Positions 1-8,315 of a stretch of 64,000 nt of DNA are shown piece by piece. Within the stretch, counting starts at the first letter, position 1. Each line of letters opens with the position of its first letter. Made by a program: the position numbers and the translations under genes. Under the pieces are notes generated by a model, which made no database searches, was not told the origin of the DNA, and saw nothing but the letters and a program-made list of their open reading frames with translations. The stretch is from an uncultured Gammaproteobacteria bacterium (GTDB lineage Bacteria; Patescibacteriota; Patescibacteriia; Patescibacteriales; WJLG01), in the NCBI GenBank assembly GCA_964547855.1, contig CAZJPG010000006.1, forward strand, positions 1,660-65,659. Reading direction: 5' to 3'.

Positions 1-44
1 TATTCGTCTAAAAGCCGCGGCTTAATTGTTATTTGAGCTGAAAT

Positions 45-80
45 AAAAAACCGACCAGGATTTTCCCGGTCGGTGTTTTT
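45..80. terminator. Bidirectional intrinsic terminator downstream of corA
   Basis: Hairpin ccgaccagg/cccggtcgg with an A-run on the 5' side and a T-run on the 3' side. It sits directly after the corA stop on the minus strand. Confidence 0.6.
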
Positions 81-1050
81 ATAGCCATTTTTTCATTTTG
101 AAGTAGATGATCATGACGACCGTTCCAATGCCCATTAAGGACAATATTATCCAGAAGCTATAGGGATTACTCAGGAAAGGCATGCCGCCCATGGTATTCA
201 TGCCAAATATGGCGGCTAAAAGAGTCAATGGAAAAACGATCACTGAGAAGACGGTCAAGGTTTTCATGACTTCATTCGTCTGATTGTCTAACAAGGACTC
301 ATTTGTTTCGTGCAAGGCTTCGGCTACTTCTTTTTGGCTTTCCGAGAATTCCCAGATGCGCTTCGTTTGTTCTATGAGATAGGCGTAGTAATCCGACATC
401 TTACTAGAAGATATGATCGAACTTTTCATTTCCATTATCTTCTTGAGGATGTTTTTGTGATTCAGCATTATACGGCGGACGGCGATGATGTTGCGTCGCA
501 TCTCTAATATCTCTGAAACTGATTTCTTTTGATGCCCAGAAAATATCAGTTTTTCCGTGTCGTTAAGTCTGGCATTCATCTGATCCATTATCTGATAGCA
601 GTGTTCGATCAATTTTTTTAATAGTTCGTAAAGCAGTATAGCGGAGGATGGTAGTTTATATGAAAGCAAAGAGTATTCGTCCTTTTTACAGATATTAAAG
701 AATTCGTTTATCGTTTTGATCTTATCGGTGTGCAATGTCACCAATAACCCATGACTGATAAAAAAGTTAACCTCGGCGGCTGCGACTTTTTTGCCTTCGA
801 AGATCGGGAAATGCAGTGTCAGAAAGAAATATTTATCCTGCTTTTCGACCGTTGGCCTTTCGGCCATTACCTTAGCGGAAGATGCGCGAAGTTCGCGAAA
901 GTCGAAGTTGTAACTTTTGAACTTCATTAAATACTCCAATTCTTCCTTGCTAGGATTGGCAATATTGATCCAATGTATCTTTGATCTGTTTTTAGGATTG
1001 GAGATCGTTATTTCTTGTATCTTTGTCGATACTTTTTCGTATTTGGCCAT
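79..1050 (-). CDS. corA: CorA-family magnesium/cobalt transporter
   Basis: 323 aa. GMN signature (FGMNTMGGMPF) between two C-terminal TM helices. SD aaggagg lies upstream of the ATG. Confidence 0.9.
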   Translation of the reverse strand: MAKYEKVSTKIQEITISNPKNRSKIHWINIANPSKEELEYLMKFKSYNFDFRELRASSAKVMAERPTVEKQDKYFFLTLHFPIFEGKKVAAAEVNFFISHGLLVTLHTDKIKTINEFFNICKKDEYSLLSYKLPSSAILLYELLKKLIEHCYQIMDQMNARLNDTEKLIFSGHQKKSVSEILEMRRNIIAVRRIMLNHKNILKKIMEMKSSIISSSKMSDYYAYLIEQTKRIWEFSESQKEVAEALHETNESLLDNQTNEVMKTLTVFSVIVFPLTLLAAIFGMNTMGGMPFLSNPYSFWIILSLMGIGTVVMIIYFKMKKWL

Positions 1051-1135
1051 GAGCCTCCTTGATAATAATTACTTTTTAAATTATAGCATGAACGCCATTC
1101 CATCGTAAACGTCTTTTATGCTATAATAGCGTCAT

Positions 1136-1609
1136 ATGGCTGGAGAATTGTCCGGATCCTCTTTCGAGGTCCCTAAAAAAATAGAAAATCAAGAAGGTTC
1201 ATCTTTAGAGAGGTTGGATTTGGGTTTGGAAAAAAGCGAACCGTCGGCAGAAAAACAGAATGAGGTTGTCACGGAACGTCCGGTGGTGAATATACCAACT
1301 CCGACCGTGCAGCCACCTGTCACGCCTTTGGAGAAAAGGAGAAAAGAAGTAGAGAGCCTTATGGCTAAGGGCTTGGACGAAATATATCTTTCCTTGCCGG
1401 TCGAAAAAAGACGCGAGTTCAAAGAGGCAGGTGAGGAGACCGCCATGAAGATCAATGATCTTTTAGAAAAGACGAAAGTCAATATCGGCAAGATAGTGAA
1501 TTTGATAAAAAAATGGCTTTCTTTGCTTCCCGGGGTCAATAAGATGTTCTTAGAGCAGGAGGCGAAGATCAGGACTGATGAGATAATGAAATTAAAGAAA
1601 AAAGACTGA
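1136..1609 (+). CDS. Hypothetical K/E-rich protein
   Basis: 157 aa ORF starting 8 nt after a TGcTATAAT -10 box (1119-1127). No recognisable family. Confidence 0.5.
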   Translation: MAGELSGSSFEVPKKIENQEGSSLERLDLGLEKSEPSAEKQNEVVTERPVVNIPTPTVQPPVTPLEKRRKEVESLMAKGLDEIYLSLPVEKRREFKEAGEETAMKINDLLEKTKVNIGKIVNLIKKWLSLLPGVNKMFLEQEAKIRTDEIMKLKKKD

Positions 1610-1770
1610 CTTTCTGTTTGTTTAGTGTTAAGCACAACATCATTGTCTCTTGCCTTTTGAAAGACGCTCGATTTTTTCCAGCGAAAAATCTCGCTCTGTT
1701 TTTCTCCAATTTTCCGCCAAGGGCGGACCGAGCAAAATTGTCGAAAAAAGCTTTCAAAAGGCAAGATACA

Positions 1771-4332
1771 ATGCTGTCAATCTCTTCTAAAATGGACGTT
1801 GGCATACAACAACAAGGCGTTAATCTTCCAAACTTGCCCGAAGTCGGAGTCGACTCGGGAAATTTTTCGTCGTTACTTGGGCCGTTATTTTTTTTGGTCG
1901 GAGCGGTTTTAGTGTTTTTGGTGGGCATTAGAGTGCTGCGTTATTTTTTGTCGCGTAATCGTTATTTTAGCCATACGGTCTTTATGGTTAGGCTGCCAAA
2001 GGAAAAGCCAGGAGAGGTGGGCAAAGAAAAGACCGTTCAACAGCTTCGTGAAGACATTTCTGTTGGCGAGGCTATTTTTGCCTCCGTTGGAGGACTTAAG
2101 GCTCAACGAGGCTTCGTCGCTTGGCTAACTGGCCGCGATGATCATTTTTCTTTTGAGATAGTTGGTAACGACAAAAAAATATTTTTTTATATCGTCGCCC
2201 CGACCAATTCCTCTCGTTATATAGAACAGCAAGTTCATGCCGTCTATCCTGATGCTTCGATCGAGGAGATGCAAGATTACAATATTTTCACTGAAGACTC
2301 CAAAGTTTTTGGTAGCGTCCTTAAAACTAAGAAGAGTTTTGTCTTTCCAATAAAGACTTATAATAAAATGGACGTCGATCCTTTGAATGCTGTGGTAAAT
2401 GTCATGAGCAAGATGGAAAAGGATGAAAGTTTGGCCGTCCAGATAGTCGTAAGGAGCGCCAAGGGGTCTTGGCATAAAAGAGTGTCTTCGGTGGCGCATG
2501 AGATAAATTCCGGTAAGACCGTCGGACAGGCCTTATCAGGCGCTCAATCATCGGTTTCTTCTAAAGCTATAGGTGTTGTTGGTGCTCTAGCTTCTGGATT
2601 GAAGTCTTCTCCTAAAGATAAGAACAAGGACTTGGAAAGACCAAAGACTTTGTCGGCCATGGAACAGCAGGTCGTAAAGGATATGGAAGATAAGAACGCT
2701 AAGGCTGGTTTGGATGTCAATATTCGTGTAGTTGCCAGTGTTAAGAATGAAGGCAGAGGGAGCGCTTACCTGGCCAATATCGCCAATGCTTTCGCTGAAT
2801 ACAATTATTATGAATATGGCAACATCTTTCGTTCTAAGACGATTAAAAATCCTAATGGATTGATTCAGGATTTTATTTACCGTCGTTTCAATGAAAAAGA
2901 TTCGTTTTTATTAAATACAGAAGAACTTACCAGTATTTTTCATTTGCCGCTACCAGGCACGGAAACTCCTAATATCGCTTGGTTGACCGCTCGTACTGCT
3001 TCCGCTCCGGCGAATCTACCAACAGAGGGAATAGTTTTGGGGTCCAATGTCTTCAGGGGTGTTTCCCGCGAGGTTCGAGCTTTGCGAGCCGATCGTCGTC
3101 GTCATTTTTATATCATTGGTAAGTCGGGCACTGGTAAGTCTAAATTCATTGCTGGGTTGGCGGCTCAAGACGTTTTGAATGGGGAGGGTGTTTGCGTTAT
3201 GGATCCGCATGGTGATTTGATCGAAGACGTCTTGTCATGTGTTCCGCCGGAGAGAGCGGAGGATGTCGTTCTATTTTCACCAGCAGACATCGGCAGACCA
3301 ATGGGGCTTAATTTGATCGAATTCGATGAACGCTATCCTGAACAAAAGACTTTTGTCATTAATGAGTTGATAAAGATATTCGATAAGTTATATGACCTTA
3401 AATCCACTGGCGGACCGATGTTCGAGCAGTATATGCGCAATGCTTTATTGCTTATCATGTCCCATCCGGAGTCTGGCTCGACGTTGATGGAAATACCCCG
3501 CGTGCTTTCTGATCCGGATTTCCGCAAATTGAAACTTTCTCATTGTTCGGATATAACTGTCGTTGATTTTTGGCGTAAGCAAGCAGAAAAGGCTGGTGGA
3601 GAAGCGGCCTTGGCTAATATCGTGCCTTACATCACTTCTAAATTGACGCAGTTCGTTTCTAACGACATTATGCGTCCGATAATCGGCCAACAGAAAAGCT
3701 CGTTCAATGTCCGTGACATAATGGATAAACAGAAGATATTGTTAGTGGATCTATCTAAGGGCAAAATAGGGGATATGAACGCTCATCTTTTGGGCTTGAT
3801 CATCGTCGGCAAGATATTGATGTCTGCCTTGTCTCGCGCCGATATGCCAGACAATCAACGCAAGGATTTTTATCTCTATATCGATGAGTTTCAGAACTTC
3901 ACCACCGATTCTATTAACACCATACTTTCCGAAGCTAGAAAATACGGACTTAATTTGGTCATTGCTCACCAATATCTTGGACAGCTTGGCAAGGAGGGCG
4001 ACAATATAAAATCAGCTGTGTTTGGTAACGTCGGTTCTTGGTTCACTTTTAAGATCGGTTCTGAAGACGCTGAAGTCTTGGAAAAGGAATTCTCCCCAGT
4101 CTTTAACCAATATGATCTTATTAATATCGAAAATAGGACTTGTTATACTAAGCTCTTGATCGATAATACCGCTAGTCGTCCATTCTCTATGCGGACACTA
4201 GAATGGCCACCGGCCGGAGCGGCTAATATTTCTGGATTACCGGAGAAAATTAAGACTCTTTCGCGTTTGAAATATGGCCAGGATCGTTCATTGATCGAAG
4301 CGGAATTAAACAAACGTCTGACGTTCTTCTAA
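1771..4332 (+). CDS. Membrane-anchored P-loop ATPase of the T4SS coupling-protein type (VirD4/TraD/TraG-like, DUF87-type)
   Basis: Walker A IIGKSGTGKS, Walker B LYIDEFQNF, N-terminal TM helix (LLGPLFFLVGAVLVFLVG). The ORF opens at 1618, but 1771 (MLSISSKM) or a nearby Met is the more plausible start. Terminator at 4354-4387. Confidence 0.75.
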   Translation: MLSISSKMDVGIQQQGVNLPNLPEVGVDSGNFSSLLGPLFFLVGAVLVFLVGIRVLRYFLSRNRYFSHTVFMVRLPKEKPGEVGKEKTVQQLREDISVGEAIFASVGGLKAQRGFVAWLTGRDDHFSFEIVGNDKKIFFYIVAPTNSSRYIEQQVHAVYPDASIEEMQDYNIFTEDSKVFGSVLKTKKSFVFPIKTYNKMDVDPLNAVVNVMSKMEKDESLAVQIVVRSAKGSWHKRVSSVAHEINSGKTVGQALSGAQSSVSSKAIGVVGALASGLKSSPKDKNKDLERPKTLSAMEQQVVKDMEDKNAKAGLDVNIRVVASVKNEGRGSAYLANIANAFAEYNYYEYGNIFRSKTIKNPNGLIQDFIYRRFNEKDSFLLNTEELTSIFHLPLPGTETPNIAWLTARTASAPANLPTEGIVLGSNVFRGVSREVRALRADRRRHFYIIGKSGTGKSKFIAGLAAQDVLNGEGVCVMDPHGDLIEDVLSCVPPERAEDVVLFSPADIGRPMGLNLIEFDERYPEQKTFVINELIKIFDKLYDLKSTGGPMFEQYMRNALLLIMSHPESGSTLMEIPRVLSDPDFRKLKLSHCSDITVVDFWRKQAEKAGGEAALANIVPYITSKLTQFVSNDIMRPIIGQQKSSFNVRDIMDKQKILLVDLSKGKIGDMNAHLLGLIIVGKILMSALSRADMPDNQRKDFYLYIDEFQNFTTDSINTILSEARKYGLNLVIAHQYLGQLGKEGDNIKSAVFGNVGSWFTFKIGSEDAEVLEKEFSPVFNQYDLINIENRTCYTKLLIDNTASRPFSMRTLEWPPAGAANISGLPEKIKTLSRLKYGQDRSLIEAELNKRLTFF

Positions 4333-4353
4333 AGTCGATATTGACATATAAAA

Positions 4354-4387
4354 AGCGACAGGATAAAATTTTCCTGTCGCTTTTTGT
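4354..4387 (+). terminator. Intrinsic terminator
   Basis: agcgacagg...cctgtcgct hairpin followed by tttttg. Confidence 0.7.
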
Positions 4388-4410
4388 TTAACTATAAACG
4401 GAGGTTTTTG

Positions 4411-4716
4411 ATGGAAGATTTGTTCGAGCTGAAAGAAGGTGCGGTCTTGACGGTTCCGCCAATGAGCGTCAAACAGGATAGCGTCAGTCGAAGAAGGCAT
4501 AATTGCCCTGGAACACCGAAGGTTTTACGCCTCGGAGTCGTAAAAAGGAATAAAGACAAGTTGTTCTTTATTAAAACGTTGGACGATGATACTCGCCGTG
4601 CCCCTGAGGATTTTGGCGGGAAAGTGCTGTTTTCTCCGGGCAACGTCAGTCCTGGCGACCAACTGCGAATAACGTGGGTCGATCCAAATTGCGCTTGTGC
4701 CCAATGGGCTAATTGA
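4411..4716 (+). CDS. Hypothetical small protein
   Basis: GGAGG SD lies 6 nt before the ATG at 4411 (MEDLFELKEG...). A hairpin terminator follows. No family recognised. Confidence 0.45.
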   Translation: MEDLFELKEGAVLTVPPMSVKQDSVSRRRHNCPGTPKVLRLGVVKRNKDKLFFIKTLDDDTRRAPEDFGGKVLFSPGNVSPGDQLRITWVDPNCACAQWAN

Positions 4717-4846
4717 TTCCGATTTTAATGACCTCTCTTTGGGCCTAGTCCTTAAAGGGAGGTTTTTTCTTGATAAAAAGTCTTTTTTCGTATATTATTT
4801 ATATACAAACAAAAAAGAATAAAAATAAATTGAATAAAATAAAAAT

Positions 4847-5644
4847 ATGGGTATTTTTAGACCACACAGACCATCTTCTCGTGATGGGGAGGATGAAAAT
4901 ATGGAAGAATTCGGTTTTCATGAGGAGACGGAATTAGAGGACACAATAGATAGTGAAGCGGGGGGTGAAACAGATGAAATATTCAATGAAGTCGACGTCG
5001 AACAGGAAGAGGGTGAAACCGGAGAAGAAGAGGAAGAAGGAATGGATTATGATGACGATGAAGAAGAGCCAGAATTGGTCGAGGAGGGCGAAGGGGATAC
5101 TTTGGTGGTCAGTAAAAGTAAGGTGGCGATGGCCAAGAAGCTTTTAGAGAATATTCGCGAGAATAATGAAAAATTAATAGCTTTATTCGGTGGTTTGATC
5201 GATCCTGAAGATGAAGCTAGAATAGGTATAGCCGAGAGTCTTGAAGGTATAGGAGCTCCCGGTAGCGAGCCAGCCAATGTCATTGAGGGTGTTTTTGATG
5301 GTCAAAATATGATCGGTCCAGATGGTAAGGAGTATAGCGTTCCAGCGAATTACGCGTCAAAATCGAAATTGGTCGAGGGTGATATGCTGAAATTGACCAT
5401 CACTGACCGAGGAGCTTTTGTCTATAAACAGACTAAACCAGTAGAAAGGCGTCGCGTCATTGGTCAATTAGAGAAGGATGAGGATGGTAATTATTTGGTC
5501 GTAGGCGATGATCGAAAGTGGCACGTCTTGACCGCCAGCATAACTTACTTTAAGGGTAATTCTGGTGATAAGGCCGTTATTTTGATTCCGGTGGCCGGGG
5601 ACAGCCAATGGGGTGCCGTCGAAAACGTCATTAGGAATAAGTGA
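4847..5644 (+). CDS. Hypothetical protein with a strongly acidic N-terminal half
   Basis: 265 aa. D/E-rich residues ~10-90 (EEEEGMDYDDDEEEPELVEEGE), then a globular C-terminal domain. A-rich SD-less leader. Confidence 0.6.
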   Translation: MGIFRPHRPSSRDGEDENMEEFGFHEETELEDTIDSEAGGETDEIFNEVDVEQEEGETGEEEEEGMDYDDDEEEPELVEEGEGDTLVVSKSKVAMAKKLLENIRENNEKLIALFGGLIDPEDEARIGIAESLEGIGAPGSEPANVIEGVFDGQNMIGPDGKEYSVPANYASKSKLVEGDMLKLTITDRGAFVYKQTKPVERRRVIGQLEKDEDGNYLVVGDDRKWHVLTASITYFKGNSGDKAVILIPVAGDSQWGAVENVIRNK

Positions 5645-5755
5645 ACTAGTTTGAGATAATAAATTGAACAAGGAGCTCTAAAAAAAGTGCGGATTATAAA
5701 ATTACCGATAAAATTATTCGTAATTTGTAATTCGTAATTTTAATTATTTACCAAG

Positions 5756-7453
5756 ATGGCCACACTTTATAGAAAATATCGTCCCCAGACATTTGCTGAA
5801 GCGGTGGGACAAAATCATATTAAGTTGACTCTGCAGAGCGAATTGTCCACTGGCAAAGTGGCTCATGCTTATTTGTTTTGTGGTCCTCGTGCCGTTGGTA
5901 AGACGACTTTCGCTCGTATTTTGGCCAAATCAGTCAATTGTTTGAATAGAAAAGATGGTGAGTTCGAGCCTTGCGATAAGTGCAGTTCCTGCCAAGAAAT
6001 AACAGCAGGAAGAGCTTTGGATATAATAGAGATCGATGCCGCTTCAAATACTGGCGTCGATAATGTTCGCGATAACGTCATTGCTTCTGCTCGCGTTTCT
6101 CCAAGTAAGTCTAAGTTTAAAGTCTTTATTATCGACGAGGTTCACATGCTTTCCATATCAGCTTTCAATGCTTTGCTTAAGGTTTTGGAAGAGCCACCGC
6201 AAAGGGTGATATTTGTGCTGTGCACCACTGAAACACATAAAGTCCCAGCGACCATAATTTCTCGTTGCGAGCGTTTTGATTTCCGCCGCATCGGGTTGTC
6301 CGATGCTGTTAAAAAACTTTCCCGCATAGTTAGTGAGGAAAAAATTAAGGTCGACAAGGAGATACTAGAATCGATAGCTCGCCAATCCGAGGGTCACATG
6401 CGAGATGCAGAGAGCATGCTTGGTCAATTAGTCGCCATTGGCGGACAAGAAATAACTAGGGAAGAGGCTGATTTGGTGATTCCTCGCTCGGCTATATCAG
6501 AGATCGTGAGATTATTGGAAAGTTTGGCCAAGAAGGATTCCTCTACTGCTATAGCCTTGGTCAACAAACTTTTGGACGATGGCGTCGATTTGGAAAAATT
6601 CGCGATGGATGCGATCGAGCTTTTGCGCAAGGTTCTGATCTATAAAATAAATCCAGCTCTTGGAGAGAAGTTGGGTTTGGATATTGGCGAGGCCTATGAA
6701 CTTAAGGTTAACGAGATCAAGAAGGAGTTGCCTGTCGAGAGAATAACTTCAATATTGGAAAGGATGATAAAGGCCAGAATTGAGATGAAGAATGCTTTCA
6801 TAACTCAATTGCCGTTAGAAATAGCTATTGCCGAGCTTTGTTTGGAAAATGCCCCGCAACGTCCATTTGCAACCCCTAGTATTGCTCCTAGAGTCACACC
6901 TCCGTCACCATCGTCTTTTACGCCGTCTACATTGCAAAGGCCGCCAGCGGCCAATATAGAGCCTCCGAAGTCTGAAGCGGCTACGCCAAGCCAACCTTCG
7001 GCCCCTGCTTCATTCGCTAATTCTTCGGTGAGCGCCAGTGATTTCTCTGGGCGCTGGAGTGAGTTTTTGGCCAAAATAAAAAAGAACAATCATTCACTTT
7101 CCTTTATATTAAAAACTTGTCAGCCAAGAGGAGTGGACGGAGCCAAAGTGTGCATGGCCTTTAAATATAAATTCCATCAGGATCGAGTCAATGAGGCCAA
7201 AATGAAAGAGGTGATTCAGAATACTTTACGAGAGGTTTATAACGCGGATTTGACCTTTGAGGCTATAATTGATGAGAATATGGAGATCGAGGGCGGAAAC
7301 GGCTCTTCTGCGGCGATGGCCGAGGTCAGTCCATCTTCGTCCGAGCAGGTCGATGCGCCTCCACCAGTTGAAGAAGCGGCCGCAGTCACGCCTCCTGCTA
7401 ATGATGTTATGAGTAATCTTTTGAAGACCTTCGGCGGTAAGGTTGTGGGATAG
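5756..7453 (+). CDS. dnaX: DNA polymerase III subunit gamma/tau
   Basis: MATLYRKYRPQTF..., Walker A GPRAVGKTT, Zn module CxxCxxC (CDKCSSCQE), DEVHML box, Pro/Ser-rich linker. Confidence 0.9.
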   Translation: MATLYRKYRPQTFAEAVGQNHIKLTLQSELSTGKVAHAYLFCGPRAVGKTTFARILAKSVNCLNRKDGEFEPCDKCSSCQEITAGRALDIIEIDAASNTGVDNVRDNVIASARVSPSKSKFKVFIIDEVHMLSISAFNALLKVLEEPPQRVIFVLCTTETHKVPATIISRCERFDFRRIGLSDAVKKLSRIVSEEKIKVDKEILESIARQSEGHMRDAESMLGQLVAIGGQEITREEADLVIPRSAISEIVRLLESLAKKDSSTAIALVNKLLDDGVDLEKFAMDAIELLRKVLIYKINPALGEKLGLDIGEAYELKVNEIKKELPVERITSILERMIKARIEMKNAFITQLPLEIAIAELCLENAPQRPFATPSIAPRVTPPSPSSFTPSTLQRPPAANIEPPKSEAATPSQPSAPASFANSSVSASDFSGRWSEFLAKIKKNNHSLSFILKTCQPRGVDGAKVCMAFKYKFHQDRVNEAKMKEVIQNTLREVYNADLTFEAIIDENMEIEGGNGSSAAMAEVSPSSSEQVDAPPPVEEAAAVTPPANDVMSNLLKTFGGKVVG

Positions 7454-7536
7454 GCTTGATTTTTTGTTTGTTTGACAAAACTATTCAAATAATCTATTAT
7501 TTTTTCAGCGCTAAAAGCGCGTTTTTGATTACGGAT

Positions 7537-7607
7537 TGGGAGATCGTCCAACGGTAGGACATCTGCCTCTGGAGCAGAGAATCATGGTTCGAATCCATGT
7601 CTCCCAG
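7537..7607 (+). tRNA. tRNA-Gln (anticodon CUG)
   Basis: Hand-folded cloverleaf. Acceptor tgggaga/tctccca with a U1:A72 pair and G73. D stem gtcc/ggac. Anticodon stem tctgc/gcaga with loop cuCUGga. T arm catgg-ttcgaat-ccatg. CCA is not encoded. Confidence 0.85.
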
Positions 7608-7660
7608 CATAAATAAAGCCACCAACATTCGTTGGTGGTTTTATTTAATATTTTGAGAAA
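7595..7660 (+). repeat. Direct repeat copy A: tRNA-Gln 3' end plus terminator hairpin
   Basis: ccatgtctcccagcataaataaagccaccaac...ttttatttaatatttt recurs 183 nt downstream. Confidence 0.85.
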
Positions 7661-7675
7661 GACATGGATTCGAAC
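7660..7675 (-). repeat. Inverted 16-nt copy of the tRNA-Gln T-arm/acceptor segment
   Basis: agacatggattcgaac is the exact reverse complement of gttcgaatccatgtct (7587-7602). Confidence 0.8.
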
Positions 7676-7777
7676 GAGGGGGTGAAGGGGGAGAAGCTCC
7701 CCCTTGTTTTGGGGGAGTATTGAGGGGTGGAAACCCCTCAAAGAGCGAGCTTGTGAGCGGGTTCGAATAGCGAAGCG

Positions 7778-7844
7778 CCATGTCTCCCAGCATAAATAAA
7801 GCCACCAACGAATGTTGGTAGTTTTATTTAATATTTTAAGAAAA
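7778..7844 (+). repeat. Direct repeat copy B: degenerate tRNA-Gln 3' end plus terminator hairpin
   Basis: Same ~60 nt as copy A. The hairpin loop is inverted (cgaatg vs cattcg). It is preceded by gggttcgaat with a 9-nt insertion, so no complete tRNA folds here. Confidence 0.8.
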
Positions 7845-7875
7845 GCCTTGACACGAACATTGACTTTGCGCAAGA

Positions 7876-7903
7876 TTGACAATGATATTTCATTTGATAA
7901 GAT
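7876..7903 (+). promoter_or_regulatory. Sigma70-type promoter for the downstream ncRNA
   Basis: TTGACA (7876-7881), 16-nt spacer, TAAGAT (7898-7903). Confidence 0.5.
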
Positions 7904-7909
7904 AAAGGA

Positions 7910-8228
7910 GTTCTTTGTTTAAAGTAATAATGCCATTGACCGGAAAGGCTGGAGGGCTGGTGGCCCTCATTAACAGGCGAGAGGGATAAACCCAGACCAG
8001 TAGCTAAGGTAGTATTGCATGTTGTTGTGATCTCGTAGCTTATAAAAAGATTTGGAAGGAGTATTTCCAACATCTTACCGAAGCTCTGGGTGTCGTTACG
8101 TATTATGGCTGCCGTTTTGTGTTGATTTATGACCAAAGCCATGATAGGCAGAACAGGCCAAGAATGACGCGGTACGGACAATGGTTCTCTTAGCAGTCTC
8201 CCTTTGATCACAGGGGAGACTTTTTATT
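7910..8228 (+). ncRNA. Unassigned structured RNA (~320 nt); an Alu-domain-bearing SRP RNA is one candidate
   Basis: No credible ORF on either strand. Bounded by its own promoter and a strong terminator (gtctccc...ggggagac+ttttt, 8195-8228). Long-range pairing ccattgaccg (7933-7942) with cggacaatgg (8175-8184). Hairpins at 7952-7968 (GAGGGC-UGGUG-GCCCUC), 8052-8070 and 8101-8146. Confidence 0.45.
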
Positions 8229-8315
8229 TGCCTTTTTTTGTTTATAGTGATAATTTATAACGTTAAATAAGGTTCTTTAAAATAGAAAATATCAGAATAG
8301 AAGGAGAATTTTAAC

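Noticed and set aside
1189-1928. Antisense ORFs 1189-1764 and 1569-1928, and the ORF start at 1618 for the ATPase.
   Set aside because: They overlap better-supported + strand genes, show Ser/Phe/Lys-rich shadow composition, and have no SD. The first 50 codons of the 1618 ORF look like read-through of intergenic sequence.
8165-8185. T-box-like GUACCGCG element when the region is read on the minus strand.
   Set aside because: It is only an 8-nt match. There is no specifier or antiterminator architecture and no downstream minus-strand gene. The + strand promoter/terminator pair explains the region better.
7529-8211. Minus-strand ORFs 7529-7882 (117 aa) and 7828-8211 (127 aa).
   Set aside because: They overlap the tRNA-Gln, its repeat copies and the promoter/terminator-bounded RNA. 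They have no SD and an implausible Cys/Trp/Arg-rich composition. They were treated as chance ORFs across RNA genes.
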